From: an uncultured Amylibacter sp.
GTDB taxonomy: Bacteria > Pseudomonadota > Alphaproteobacteria > Rhodobacterales > Rhodobacteraceae
Direction of reading: 5' to 3'
Assembly (NCBI GenBank): GCA_943846615.1
Contig: OX044354.1
Location: 622,359-686,358 of the forward strand
Length of the DNA: 64,000 nucleotides
The notes below the pieces were generated by a model. The model was not told the DNA's origin. It ran no database searches and saw only the letters and a list, made by a program, of their open reading frames with translations. Shown piece after piece: positions 9,038 through 18,382 of the stretch (position 1 is the stretch's first letter; each line of letters opens with the position of its first letter). Position numbers and translations under genes: made by a program.

Positions 9038-10561
9038 ATGAGTTCTAGCACCAGCCAATTAGCAAACAAAATTCAAACCTTAATTCATTCTGGAAGATTG
9101 AATGACGCTGAAGATATACTGAAGTCAGAATGTACGCTTGTCAAAATGGATGCTGACTTAACAACGGCTGCTGGACAAATTGCCTTACAGAAAGGTGACA
9201 TATACCAATCGGTCGTTCACTTTAACCGAGCGGTAAAATTGAAGCCAAATACCTGGGAGTTTTTGAACAACCTAGCTTTAATTAATCTGAAAACCGGGCG
9301 TCCAGATTTAGCGGTTAACGCTATTCGAAAATCTGCAAAACTCAATCCTAGAAATGCCGAGACATTAAAAATCGAAATAGAGGCTTTGTTTGCATTAAAC
9401 AAAATTGAACAAGCAAAATCGAAAATCGAAAATGCGATGTCGTCAGGCTTGAGGAATGTTCATGTTCTTGTCGATCTTGCACGTATGCATCGCGCTTTGG
9501 GTCAGAATAACAAAGCCCTAAAGATATATCGTGATATATCCAATTCCCCAACTGCAACGGCTGGGGCCATTTTTGGCATGGCGCAATTAGTTGATAAGCA
9601 CGACCCTTATCCCGAAGCATCTATTGTTAACACGATGATAGAGCGTGGCGATTTACCTCCTGATCAAATGGCGAATTTGCATCGTGCAACTGCCATCCGC
9701 GCCGACCAAATATCCGACTATGCAATTGCATTCAAACACCATGAGATGGCCAGCCAAATAATTTCACACGGGCGCGATGGGACGCAAAGACTTAGGAGTT
9801 TTCTCACGCACGCAAGAAAAAATTTCACCAAAGAGAACATATCAAAGGCCCAAAAACACACAAGTAAATCAACGAAGCCGGTATTCATTTTCGGCATGCC
9901 TCGCACCGGAACAACACTAGTGGAGCAAATTATTTCAGCGAATGAAGTCGTTCATGCTGGAGGTGAAATTGATTTTTTCAATCACGTTGTTAATAAATTT
10001 GAAAATCAATGGCCTGACCGTTCTGAATTAAAGTCAATAGCGAAGGATTACCTAACGCTTTTAAAGGAACATGGCGGCACGAAGAGTTATATAACAAACA
10101 AGTTACCCGGTAACTTTCAACATCTTTGGATTATCTCAGCGTTGTTCCCAAATGCAAAATTAATTTTTTGTCAACGCGACCCATGTGCCACGTGTACATC
10201 GTGCCTTACAACTTCACTAGGTACGGTGCATGACTATGTTGGGTCGCAAAAGAATCTAGCTGACTATTACAAAATGCATTTGCAACTTATGAACTTTTGG
10301 AAAGCTAACATTTCACAAGTTATTCATCATGTTCAGTATGAAAGACTCGTGAAATATCCAAAAACAGAAATTAAGAGCCTCGCAAAATTCTTAGGGATAG
10401 ATGCAACTCCTGAAATGTTTAATTTTCACACCTCAAATCGCCCTATCCAAACACCGAGCATCGATCAGGTACGCCGCCCCATGGATACAGGAAAAGTCAG
10501 TAGTTGGAGGCGTTACGAGCCCTTTTTGCAAGAGCTAATTATCGAGCTCTCTAAGACATAA
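9038..10561 (+). CDS. TPR-repeat protein with C-terminal sulfotransferase domain
   Basis: N-terminal TPR-like helices. FIFGMPRTGTTLVEQ is a PAPS 5'-phosphosulfate loop, and FCQRDPCATCTS is 3'-phosphate-motif-like. No signal peptide. Confidence 0.8.
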   Translation: MSSSTSQLANKIQTLIHSGRLNDAEDILKSECTLVKMDADLTTAAGQIALQKGDIYQSVVHFNRAVKLKPNTWEFLNNLALINLKTGRPDLAVNAIRKSAKLNPRNAETLKIEIEALFALNKIEQAKSKIENAMSSGLRNVHVLVDLARMHRALGQNNKALKIYRDISNSPTATAGAIFGMAQLVDKHDPYPEASIVNTMIERGDLPPDQMANLHRATAIRADQISDYAIAFKHHEMASQIISHGRDGTQRLRSFLTHARKNFTKENISKAQKHTSKSTKPVFIFGMPRTGTTLVEQIISANEVVHAGGEIDFFNHVVNKFENQWPDRSELKSIAKDYLTLLKEHGGTKSYITNKLPGNFQHLWIISALFPNAKLIFCQRDPCATCTSCLTTSLGTVHDYVGSQKNLADYYKMHLQLMNFWKANISQVIHHVQYERLVKYPKTEIKSLAKFLGIDATPEMFNFHTSNRPIQTPSIDQVRRPMDTGKVSSWRRYEPFLQELIIELSKT

Positions 10562-10631
10562 TTTGTATTGTTGGCAAATTTCACAGATAGCATCCCGAAC
10601 AAGATTTCGAAAATTGTATTGTATGGCTGTT

Positions 10632-10755
10632 TTCCCCACACCTGACGTTGAGAATCGAATATCCATTTTACATTAAACTGATAACCCACTGATATTACAC
10701 GGGTACTCTGCGGTTCATTTTGCAAAATAATCTAATGAAATCAATGGATGTAGTA
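10632..10755 (+). repeat. cassette right arm (homologous to 27601-27723)
   Basis: Shared blocks include ttcccca..., tatccattttacatt, taacccactga, cggttcatttt, ctaatgaaatcaa and atgtagta, immediately 5' of R2 and R4. Confidence 0.65.
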
Positions 10756-10802
10756 GGATTGCAAATCCGTGTACACGAGTTCGATTCTCGTACTCGCCTC
10801 CA
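10756..10802 (+). repeat. R2: tRNA-Cys(GCA) 3' fragment, identical 47 nt to R1
   Basis: Same 47-mer as R1. The upstream sequence is not a tRNA 5' half. Confidence 0.85.
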
Positions 10803-10809
10803 AATAAAA

Positions 10810-11634
10810 TCAATGACTTGCGGTGAATTGTACATCTTGATGTCCTTTCGGTTTACATTGTATCCCGTCATCGCCATTGAGACAGACTGCGGGTTTGAAA
10901 TTTGCCCGTTTGGCCAGCGCCACATCGATGATCGCCAATGCATAGAGTTGGCCAAAGAGTGTTGGCAAGAATAAGAAAACACCCGGACCAATCCCACCAA
11001 GCAAAGTTAGGTCGCGCATTTGGGATACAATCTGTAAATCTAAACTGCTGACATAATATGAAACCATGATGGCAATCATCATGGTGATTAACAGTCTGGC
11101 AACTGCCTTGCGGTTACTGACGGGGCGATGTTCGATTGGGATGCGGTCAGGCATGCGGCCGCGTTCCAACAGCTTGAACGAATAGACGGCGAAGCCAAGT
11201 AAACCCGATATAATTGCGCTGAAATGAAGTGAATACCCAATGTCAAAAAATGAGCTAAGGGTAATATTCGCCAGATCGAGTAAAGCGCAAATCAGGGCGT
11301 AACTGAATACCATATCTAACGCATACAGGAGCCGTGCGACGCCACCGCCCGAGCTGAACGCAGCGAAGGAGATAAAAAACGAAAATATGAAAATGCGAAC
11401 GGCCACGGCATGCCGCCCCTCATATGGTGACAAGACAAAATCCCTGTTTGGGAAATATGTGGACACAAAGGGTGTATTCACCAACCAAAGGAAAAAAGTC
11501 GCAATAACACAAAATGCCAACAGCATAGCGGGTGCGCGCATTTGTGAAACGGGACCAGCGAAACGTTTGGGGGCGCTGTCGACGGACACAAAGCTGATTT
11601 GATCGCGATTATCTTCTGTGTTTGTATCTGTCAA
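10810..11634 (-). CDS. polytopic membrane protein, possibly 3'-truncated
   Basis: Roughly 6-7 hydrophobic segments. The start overlaps the stop of the upstream gene by 4 nt. Its stop codon (10810-10812) lies in the conserved 'aataaaatcaatg' flank of R2. Confidence 0.45.
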   Translation of the reverse strand: MTDTNTEDNRDQISFVSVDSAPKRFAGPVSQMRAPAMLLAFCVIATFFLWLVNTPFVSTYFPNRDFVLSPYEGRHAVAVRIFIFSFFISFAAFSSGGGVARLLYALDMVFSYALICALLDLANITLSSFFDIGYSLHFSAIISGLLGFAVYSFKLLERGRMPDRIPIEHRPVSNRKAVARLLITMMIAIMVSYYVSSLDLQIVSQMRDLTLLGGIGPGVFLFLPTLFGQLYALAIIDVALAKRANFKPAVCLNGDDGIQCKPKGHQDVQFTASH

Positions 11635-13196
11635 AATGTATCCTTCGCGGCTGGAACCCTGATTAAGAGCGCATTAGGCGCGCCTAGGCGATTTAACCCC
11701 ACTTTAGAAAAATCAATTTTTTCGACCTGAATTTCACCTTCGTCGTCAAAACGAACAACCCAGTTTTGAAAACCATCCTTTATAACGTCCTCGTCAAATT
11801 GAAGGATAGAGCGATCGAAGAATGCGATGTTGCCACCCGCCCGCGTCCCAACCAGCGTAGCGTCTTTTGGGGTAAGGTAACTGATCATTTGGGACAGGAA
11901 TAATGCTTGGTTATGCGTCGTCGTCTGAATGCCGCTGACCGTTATTTTTTGCATCTTACGAAGCGCGTTTTGCAATTCTGTTAGCGGATCATCAAAGGTG
12001 GATTTTCCCGCCGTCAAAACAGTATCCCGTTCCATTTGCGCAAACATGACAGGTCCTTCATTGCATTCGCCAATGTTGACATGCGATGAATGAATGCTGA
12101 CTTCGATCAGGTTTTTTGCGTCTTGGAGTTCAATCGGCAAGTTGATGGCAGCACGGTACATACGTGCATTGCGTTCCAATCTTTGATTAAGAATAGTCGC
12201 GCCGTTCAACGTCACGTTTACCTGCCACAATGCATCATCCAAAAGCGATGACATCGTTAAATGGAGATCAAGCACATCCGGCAGTGATTGATGTTTGAAT
12301 TCACGCGGTTCGTACTTAATCCGCCAACTTGTGGTTTCATAAAACTTACGTGATCCGTAATTTGAACCTTTGACGGCAACATAGTGCGGGAAACTGATTT
12401 CTGGCTCCAATACTTTTGGCAAACTGGTTTCCAAAAGTTGCAAATTTGGTCCGGAGAATGCGTTGATATCATCCTTGGCGCTGAATTGAACGCGTTCACC
12501 TTGTTGGATGAACCGTGACGCAATTTCGATTTGCGCAACCTGGTTTTTGAGCTGTTTGTTTTCATTCCATTGAATTGGGATTTTGCGTCCCAATGCAAGA
12601 ACTTGATCGCGCGGCGTTTCAATCGCGCGATCAAGGTTCAAGTATAATCCGCTGGTCGTTTCCACTTCTACGATAGCAGCTATGCCATCTTGAGAACTGC
12701 ATGTTTGGGTGCTGTGAGACCCCAACAAGCTGTAGGAAACGACCAGCCGCTCTTTTACCAATTCCTCTGCGTGTAAAGGAATTCGCAAAGAGCGCCCTGC
12801 TTCGCCTGGATACAATAGCATTTCACCTCTTTTGGTGTTTTCAATCGAAACGCGCAGAACGCCTTTCACACCATTTAGGACCTGAGATGTAATATCTATT
12901 TGGAGGTAACCAGACGTTGGGCGCGCATCGATTGGCATCGAAAACACAGCGCCCTGATAAGCAGGTAAGCCAGTAAGAATAGTTGGGTTATCGGTGTGAG
13001 ATCCGAAAAACACATTTGTGGTATTACCAAGGTGTGCATCCCGTTCATCGACATTCGATATTTCGAAGTTCAATTGTGGACCGAATGCAATTTCGTTAAA
13101 TTGCTGAATTCCACGTTTTGTAATGTTCTGCGACGACAGTAAAAACACTGCCCACGCGACGATAAAGGCCATAAGCCCGATGCCAATCATTCTCAT
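11631..13196 (-). CDS. N-terminally anchored periplasmic protein; BcsB-like is only a weak impression
   Basis: One N-terminal TM (IGIGLMAFIVAWAVFLLS) followed by a ~490-aa soluble region. Co-oriented downstream of sqdB. Confidence 0.4.
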   Translation of the reverse strand: MRMIGIGLMAFIVAWAVFLLSSQNITKRGIQQFNEIAFGPQLNFEISNVDERDAHLGNTTNVFFGSHTDNPTILTGLPAYQGAVFSMPIDARPTSGYLQIDITSQVLNGVKGVLRVSIENTKRGEMLLYPGEAGRSLRIPLHAEELVKERLVVSYSLLGSHSTQTCSSQDGIAAIVEVETTSGLYLNLDRAIETPRDQVLALGRKIPIQWNENKQLKNQVAQIEIASRFIQQGERVQFSAKDDINAFSGPNLQLLETSLPKVLEPEISFPHYVAVKGSNYGSRKFYETTSWRIKYEPREFKHQSLPDVLDLHLTMSSLLDDALWQVNVTLNGATILNQRLERNARMYRAAINLPIELQDAKNLIEVSIHSSHVNIGECNEGPVMFAQMERDTVLTAGKSTFDDPLTELQNALRKMQKITVSGIQTTTHNQALFLSQMISYLTPKDATLVGTRAGGNIAFFDRSILQFDEDVIKDGFQNWVVRFDDEGEIQVEKIDFSKVGLNRLGAPNALLIRVPAAKDTF

Positions 13197-13262
13197 ATCA
13201 CAAACTCACACGAATTGGCGTTGATGCCCCTCCTCCAAGAGGGAGCATCAACACCGTTATGG

Positions 13263-14474
13263 TTAAGCCGCTAAAGGCTTTTGCACTAATCCTGGACGTT
13301 GGTTTTCAGTCCATGTCGAAACACAAGGGATCATGTTGACCTGACAACGCTTTGCAAATCGCATTGCGATTTCTTGCGTTTCGTCCATCAAACCTTCCTC
13401 GAGTGTGATCGGTTTAAGGCCCAACGAAATGAATGTTTTGTTGCACACCCGCAGCCCGTTTTCAGCAGCCTCGTTACGGGGATTATCAACATTCGCGATC
13501 AAGGCATCGGTAATTTTTGATACGATGTTTGCTAAATCCCGAACGGTATGGGTTTCCGTCATTTGGTTTAGGATTTTCACTTTACCATTTCGCTCTGGTG
13601 GGTTTTCCACCGCCAAGGCCAAGCATTGTACCGTGTCTTGAATGTGAATAAATGCCCGCGTTTGCCCGCCTGTACCATGGACGGTCAAAGGATGACCAAT
13701 GGCAGCTTGCATCAAGAACCGATTTAAGACGGTGCCATAATCACCATCGTAATCAAAACGATTGATCAAACGGTCATCCAATTTTGTTTCCGCCGTTTGC
13801 GTTCCCCAAACGATACCTTGGTGTAAATCCGTAATCCGCAGGCGATCATTTTTGGCATAAAATTGAAACAACAACTGATCCATAGATTTCGTCATATGGT
13901 AAACACTGCCCGGATTAGTTGGGTACAAAATATCGCGTGGATAGATTTGTTTGTCATCCCCAGGAATGTAAACTTTCAAATATCCTTCGGGAATTTCAAT
14001 GCCATCATCGTCGTAGCCATAAACACCCATCGTCCCGAGGTGAACAACGTGACTGTCCAGTTTTAGATGCGTGATCGCGGCCAAAATATTGTGCGTTGCG
14101 GAGATGTTGTTTTCAACGGTGTAACATTTTTCATAGCTACCCTTCATCGAATATGGCGCCGCACGTTGTTCGCCAAAATGAATAATTGTGTCAGGTTTTA
14201 AGCTTGCTAACAGTTTTTCCAACTGATCGTAATCGGTTGCCACGTCGATTTCATCAAAGGCAATAATTTTACCAGTTTCTTCTTTCCATGCCTGCAAACG
14301 CTCTTTCATGCTGCAGATTGGTGTCAGGCTGTTCGCGCCCAACTCGATATCAATTTCACGGCGCGCAAAATTGTCTACGATTGATACTTTGTGTCCAAGA
14401 TTTGACAGGTGCAATGCTGTTGGCCATCCGCAAAATCCATCGCCGCCAATTACCAGAATATTTTTCATTTTCAT
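13263..14474 (-). CDS. sqdB: UDP-sulfoquinovose synthase
   Basis: MKNILVIGGDGFCGWPTALHLS Rossmann start, YHMTK (YxxxK), ~400 aa. The overall sequence is familiar from SqdB/SQD1. Confidence 0.85.
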   Translation of the reverse strand: MKMKNILVIGGDGFCGWPTALHLSNLGHKVSIVDNFARREIDIELGANSLTPICSMKERLQAWKEETGKIIAFDEIDVATDYDQLEKLLASLKPDTIIHFGEQRAAPYSMKGSYEKCYTVENNISATHNILAAITHLKLDSHVVHLGTMGVYGYDDDGIEIPEGYLKVYIPGDDKQIYPRDILYPTNPGSVYHMTKSMDQLLFQFYAKNDRLRITDLHQGIVWGTQTAETKLDDRLINRFDYDGDYGTVLNRFLMQAAIGHPLTVHGTGGQTRAFIHIQDTVQCLALAVENPPERNGKVKILNQMTETHTVRDLANIVSKITDALIANVDNPRNEAAENGLRVCNKTFISLGLKPITLEEGLMDETQEIAMRFAKRCQVNMIPCVSTWTENQRPGLVQKPLAA

Positions 14475-14659
14475 TTCTTTCCATTATCGCCGGTCGAAAT
14501 TGACGAATGCAGTCATTGCATTTTCGGCGTCTCTGAAACCTTTGTATTCTGAAGACGGGTATGAAATCTTCTGTCAGGGAGTATAGAGAAAGATGTAAAA
14601 GTTTAGCGGCACTATCCCTTAGGATAGTTTTGACGGTCAAAATGGTGGTCTGTGAAAAC

Positions 14660-15358
14660 TTATTTCAGCATCCGGTATGTCAGTAACAAAATACCGAATG
14701 CGGACAATCCGATTACGGGCCAATTTTGCGATCCAATGTTTGCACCAATGACACCAAAAAGCGCCCAAATGACGGCAATTGTATATGCCCATTCCTGTCT
14801 GCGAAGTGATTGAACATATAATGCGGCAACCAAAACACTGCTTAACATCAATAAGGCAGCCACTTGGGGACTTACGATTGCGTATCCAGAGAGTACGACG
14901 CCAATTCCCACCCCTGTCGCAGCCGTCAACCAACCCGCGTACAGGGCAACAGGTCTAACTTGCCAAATTGGGTCGTTTGAACCAGCGTTGAGCATTGCAC
15001 GGACGGCCAAGACAACCATGGCGACAATCATGAGCGTTGCGAGAATTGGAGATGCATTGGCGGCGGCAACCCAAAACGTTCCGATTCCCAAGCTTGCGAG
15101 GAGTGGTAGGCGCATTGAAGTCCATGCGCGATCAAATGGTGCCTTGAGCAGCCCCCAAAGTGAGCCAGAGATCAGCCAGATGTAAATGACACCCCAGATG
15201 CTAAAGGTCCAACCTGCGGGTTGCACAGGCCAAAAATCCTGTTGAACCGGAAATTGATCAGGTGAGAACCCCGCGAAGTTTTCGTTGAGCCATGGTGAGA
15301 TGGCAAATGCGATTGCTGTGATCAAGACAAAAAAGGCAAGGAATTGGGGTCGTTTCAT
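14660..15358 (-). CDS. Trp-rich membrane protein, TspO/MBR-related
   Basis: Multi-TM and W-rich (PAGWTFSIWGVIYIWLISGSLWGLL). Lies at the end of the cfa-type operon. Confidence 0.5.
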   Translation of the reverse strand: MKRPQFLAFFVLITAIAFAISPWLNENFAGFSPDQFPVQQDFWPVQPAGWTFSIWGVIYIWLISGSLWGLLKAPFDRAWTSMRLPLLASLGIGTFWVAAANASPILATLMIVAMVVLAVRAMLNAGSNDPIWQVRPVALYAGWLTAATGVGIGVVLSGYAIVSPQVAALLMLSSVLVAALYVQSLRRQEWAYTIAVIWALFGVIGANIGSQNWPVIGLSAFGILLLTYRMLK

Positions 15359-15395
15359 CTGTCGTGTGCCTGCATTGTTATGGTTAGGGTTGATT

Positions 15396-15956
15396 TCATT
15401 TCTGAGCAGCGGGGTTTGGACGCATTGTGGCGATTAATTCGGCCACTTTGATTCCAAACTTTCGCATTTCAGATTTATTCATGATCACACCATTATCTGT
15501 CAGATACATCCAGTCCGTCGCATTAAGAACGTAACCGCCTGCCTCTTTTGGTAGAATGATATCGTAAGTAAGTTTAACCGTTGAACCCGAAACTACACCT
15601 TGGGCGGTGCCAACAATGTCATCTGCGGTGGCGGTAAACATATTTTCAGAGACAATCATTAGATACCATTTGCGTTCCTGTTTGCGCCCATTGGTATAAG
15701 TGAAGCTTTCGCTGAGCGTGCCTTTGTCGCCGTCCCACTCGCCGACCATTTCCGCGACAAAACTGTTGGTCATTTTACCGTTTGGACCATAGATCAAACC
15801 CTCGGACAGGATGCGGCCCGAAAGTTGTTTTTTCAGATCAAAATCGGGCCCCGTATCGGCGTAATCCGCCGGTGACTGAGAACTAAAGCTGAAGAACAGT
15901 TTTTTCGTGACCAGTAATGTTAGCGCGAGAAGTAGAAATATTGTTAAAATTTTCAT
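15396..15956 (-). CDS. DUF3833-like lipocalin-fold protein
   Basis: Signal/anchor peptide, ~185 aa. This is the typical neighbour of cfa/MFS genes in RpoE-ChrR regulons. The family name is from memory. Confidence 0.45.
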   Translation of the reverse strand: MKILTIFLLLALTLLVTKKLFFSFSSQSPADYADTGPDFDLKKQLSGRILSEGLIYGPNGKMTNSFVAEMVGEWDGDKGTLSESFTYTNGRKQERKWYLMIVSENMFTATADDIVGTAQGVVSGSTVKLTYDIILPKEAGGYVLNATDWMYLTDNGVIMNKSEMRKFGIKVAELIATMRPNPAAQK

Positions 15957-17182
15957 GAATTTGGTTCCTCTGTCGGAAGCGTTAGGACATAGCCTAAGGC
16001 GATGAATTTAAGAATGCATGGTATGATCGCGTATGCGGTATTGAGGGTTGTCATTGCCTGTGGTGAATTTGCCTGACCAGGGACGAAGCCGTTTTGTGAC
16101 AGTAGCGGCAAAACGATAAATGCGGCCAAGGCGAGACCAAGCTTGCCTGCAAATGACCAAATGCCAAACGCCGCCGACGCGTTTAAACCCGCCTTGTTCA
16201 GCGCCACAGAAAACATTGTGGGAAGCACGACCATATCGGCGCCCAAGGCCACACCCGAAGCCACGCATATTGCGGCAAATCCGATCAAGTTTCCTTGGGC
16301 CAAAAAGGCCGCGCCCACAAATCCAAGGATACTCAATGGCATCGCAATCAAGAGAACGTTTTTGCCCCCTAAGCGATTGCTTAGCTTTGCCCAAAGGGGC
16401 ACGCTGAGCCCTGCGCATAGGAAGAACAGGATCAAAAGTGGGCCCGCTTTGCCCACCAATTGTAAACGATCCTCTACGAAAAATAAGAATAATGTAGACG
16501 TTATGGCAACAGGCAAGCTGTTGATCAGAGCAAGAAGTAAAAGGCGCAACGCGCCAGCTTGGGCAAGATTTGAGATGGAAATGCGGTCGCCGACAATCGC
16601 GGGGCGTTGCCAGATTGGACGTGTGACAATTGCCGTCAGGATCGCCGTGCCCCCCAAGAAAACACCAAAAGCAGGGTAACCACCATCAGCGGCACCAAAA
16701 GCCACCAAAATCGCAGGTGCGATCGCGGCAATGACAACGCCTGCCAACATTCCACCTTCGCGAAAAGCAGCCAGCGTCATCAATTCGACGGGTTCTGTAT
16801 TTTTGGCAAGGGTTGCACTGCGCCCGTAAAGCAAAATCATGCCAATGCTGTAAGCAGAGAAAAGAAGTATCAGGATAAGAACCAGTTGAGTAACGACATT
16901 TTCCCCTGAACGCGGAGCGAAGAGGAGCGGAAATCCAATAGCCAGTCCGCCAGCCGCAGTAAGTGCAAATATGCCTTGGGCATTGGGCCAGCGATCAATA
17001 GCCCAACCGATCAACGGATCCTGTACCAGATCGATCAAGCGTATTAAAAGCAGTATTGTACCGATGGTACCCAATCCAATACCCAGATGAACCGCGGCAA
17101 ACCGCGGAAGATGGATATATAAGGGGATACCAGCCGCAGCCAGCATGAGTGCATAAAGACTGACGCGTGGATATACCATCAA
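15953..17182 (-). CDS. MFS-type transporter
   Basis: 409 aa with ~12 hydrophobic helices. Its stop overlaps the start of the downstream gene by 4 nt. Confidence 0.7.
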   Translation of the reverse strand: MMVYPRVSLYALMLAAAGIPLYIHLPRFAAVHLGIGLGTIGTILLLIRLIDLVQDPLIGWAIDRWPNAQGIFALTAAGGLAIGFPLLFAPRSGENVVTQLVLILILLFSAYSIGMILLYGRSATLAKNTEPVELMTLAAFREGGMLAGVVIAAIAPAILVAFGAADGGYPAFGVFLGGTAILTAIVTRPIWQRPAIVGDRISISNLAQAGALRLLLLALINSLPVAITSTLFLFFVEDRLQLVGKAGPLLILFFLCAGLSVPLWAKLSNRLGGKNVLLIAMPLSILGFVGAAFLAQGNLIGFAAICVASGVALGADMVVLPTMFSVALNKAGLNASAAFGIWSFAGKLGLALAAFIVLPLLSQNGFVPGQANSPQAMTTLNTAYAIIPCILKFIALGYVLTLPTEEPNS

Positions 17183-17224
17183 ACCGCCTGCCCCGCCACA
17201 GTATGTAAATTATTGTGTGTAATT

Positions 17225-18382
17225 TTATGCATGGGCCAATTCCACTTGGACCACATCTGTATGACCAACTGCGAATGAGGCGGCGCATATTTCAAGGTAG
17301 TATTGCCAATTGCGAAAGAACTCTTCGTCAAACCCTAGGCCCAAAACTTTACTCTTTTGTGCGGCCAAACGTTGCGCCCAGATACGACAGGTCTTTGCGT
17401 AATCCTGCCCAAAGGCGAAATTGTCATGTACCTTAAGTCCAGCGCGTTTCGCTTGCTCGGCAATCGCTTTGTCGGATAATAACATGCCACCAGGGAAAAC
17501 ATATTGTCGGATGTAATCGGATGATTTTCTGTAAGTCTCAAAGAAATCATCTTTAACGGTAATTGCCTGTAACAAGACGCGCCCATCGTCTGATAAGGCG
17601 CGTTTAAGTGTTGAAAAGTAGCTGGGCCAATATCGTTCACCAACTGCCTCGATCATTTCTATTGAAACAATGTTATCAAATTTTTCGTCTACATCGCGAT
17701 AATCGCGCAGCTGAATATCCGCACGTCCATCAAGACGACATTCTGCATAGCTATGTTGGTTACGTGATATCGTTATCCCTGTTACATCGCGACCCAAATT
17801 CGACGCATGCTCTGCAAATCCCCCCCAACCGCAACCGATTTCTAATATGCGATTACCGTTGTTTAGCCGCGAATATGCGCGGGCATTTTTACGTTTTTGA
17901 GCGGTACCAAGATCATTATCATCGGCCGTGAACAATCCAGATGAATACGTCATGCCTTCATCCAACCAAAGCTGATAGAACTCATTTCCCACATCGTAAT
18001 GTGATCGAATATTTTTACGTGAGCCGCGCCGTGTATTCGCCCGTAGGATATTATCCACGAGGCGAAACTTGGCTTTGTTAAATCCATTGGCCTTATCATA
18101 CTGACTGAGGTGATCTCGGTTACGCATGGCCATTGCCATCAATCCCTCGACGGATGGAGTATCCCACAGCCCCTGAACATACGCTTCGCCCAGCCCAACC
18201 TGTCCATGCGCAGCCAGAGCCGATACGGCAGACCAATCACGGATGATCATTTCTGCCTCTGGTCCAGCTGTGCCAAAATTGTAGCGTTCACCATCGGGTG
18301 TGCGAAGGGTTAATTGCCCATCATTCAGACCTTCACATGTTGAAAGAAATTGCGATTTAAGCGCTTTGTTTGTCGAAAGCAT
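17225..18382 (-). CDS. cfa: cyclopropane-fatty-acyl-phospholipid synthase family methyltransferase
   Basis: ILEIGCGWGGFAEHA SAM motif, with CMAS-family length and context. Confidence 0.85.
   Translation of the reverse strand: MLSTNKALKSQFLSTCEGLNDGQLTLRTPDGERYNFGTAGPEAEMIIRDWSAVSALAAHGQVGLGEAYVQGLWDTPSVEGLMAMAMRNRDHLSQYDKANGFNKAKFRLVDNILRANTRRGSRKNIRSHYDVGNEFYQLWLDEGMTYSSGLFTADDNDLGTAQKRKNARAYSRLNNGNRILEIGCGWGGFAEHASNLGRDVTGITISRNQHSYAECRLDGRADIQLRDYRDVDEKFDNIVSIEMIEAVGERYWPSYFSTLKRALSDDGRVLLQAITVKDDFFETYRKSSDYIRQYVFPGGMLLSDKAIAEQAKRAGLKVHDNFAFGQDYAKTCRIWAQRLAAQKSKVLGLGFDEEFFRNWQYYLEICAASFAVGHTDVVQVELAHA

Larger units (their letters stand above)
6500..10802 (+). mobile_element. cassette A: integrase-less element bounded by R1 and R2 (CIME-like)
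   Basis: Direct 47-nt repeats at both ends. The left arm (6547-6685) and right arm (10632-10755) are homologous to those of cassette B. The cargo is unrelated to cassette B. Confidence 0.55.

Noticed and set aside
10695-11000. ORFs 10695-11000 (-) and 10720-10974 (+), which run through repeat R2
   Set aside because: They translate the tRNA-derived repeat and its arm, and overlap the end of the better-supported 274-aa membrane ORF. They have no independent support.
16008-16909. Multiple 95-178-aa ORFs on both strands inside the MFS transporter gene
   Set aside because: They are Arg/Pro-rich out-of-frame or antisense translations typical of GC-skewed membrane-protein genes, fully nested in a 409-aa ORF with consistent hydrophobic periodicity.
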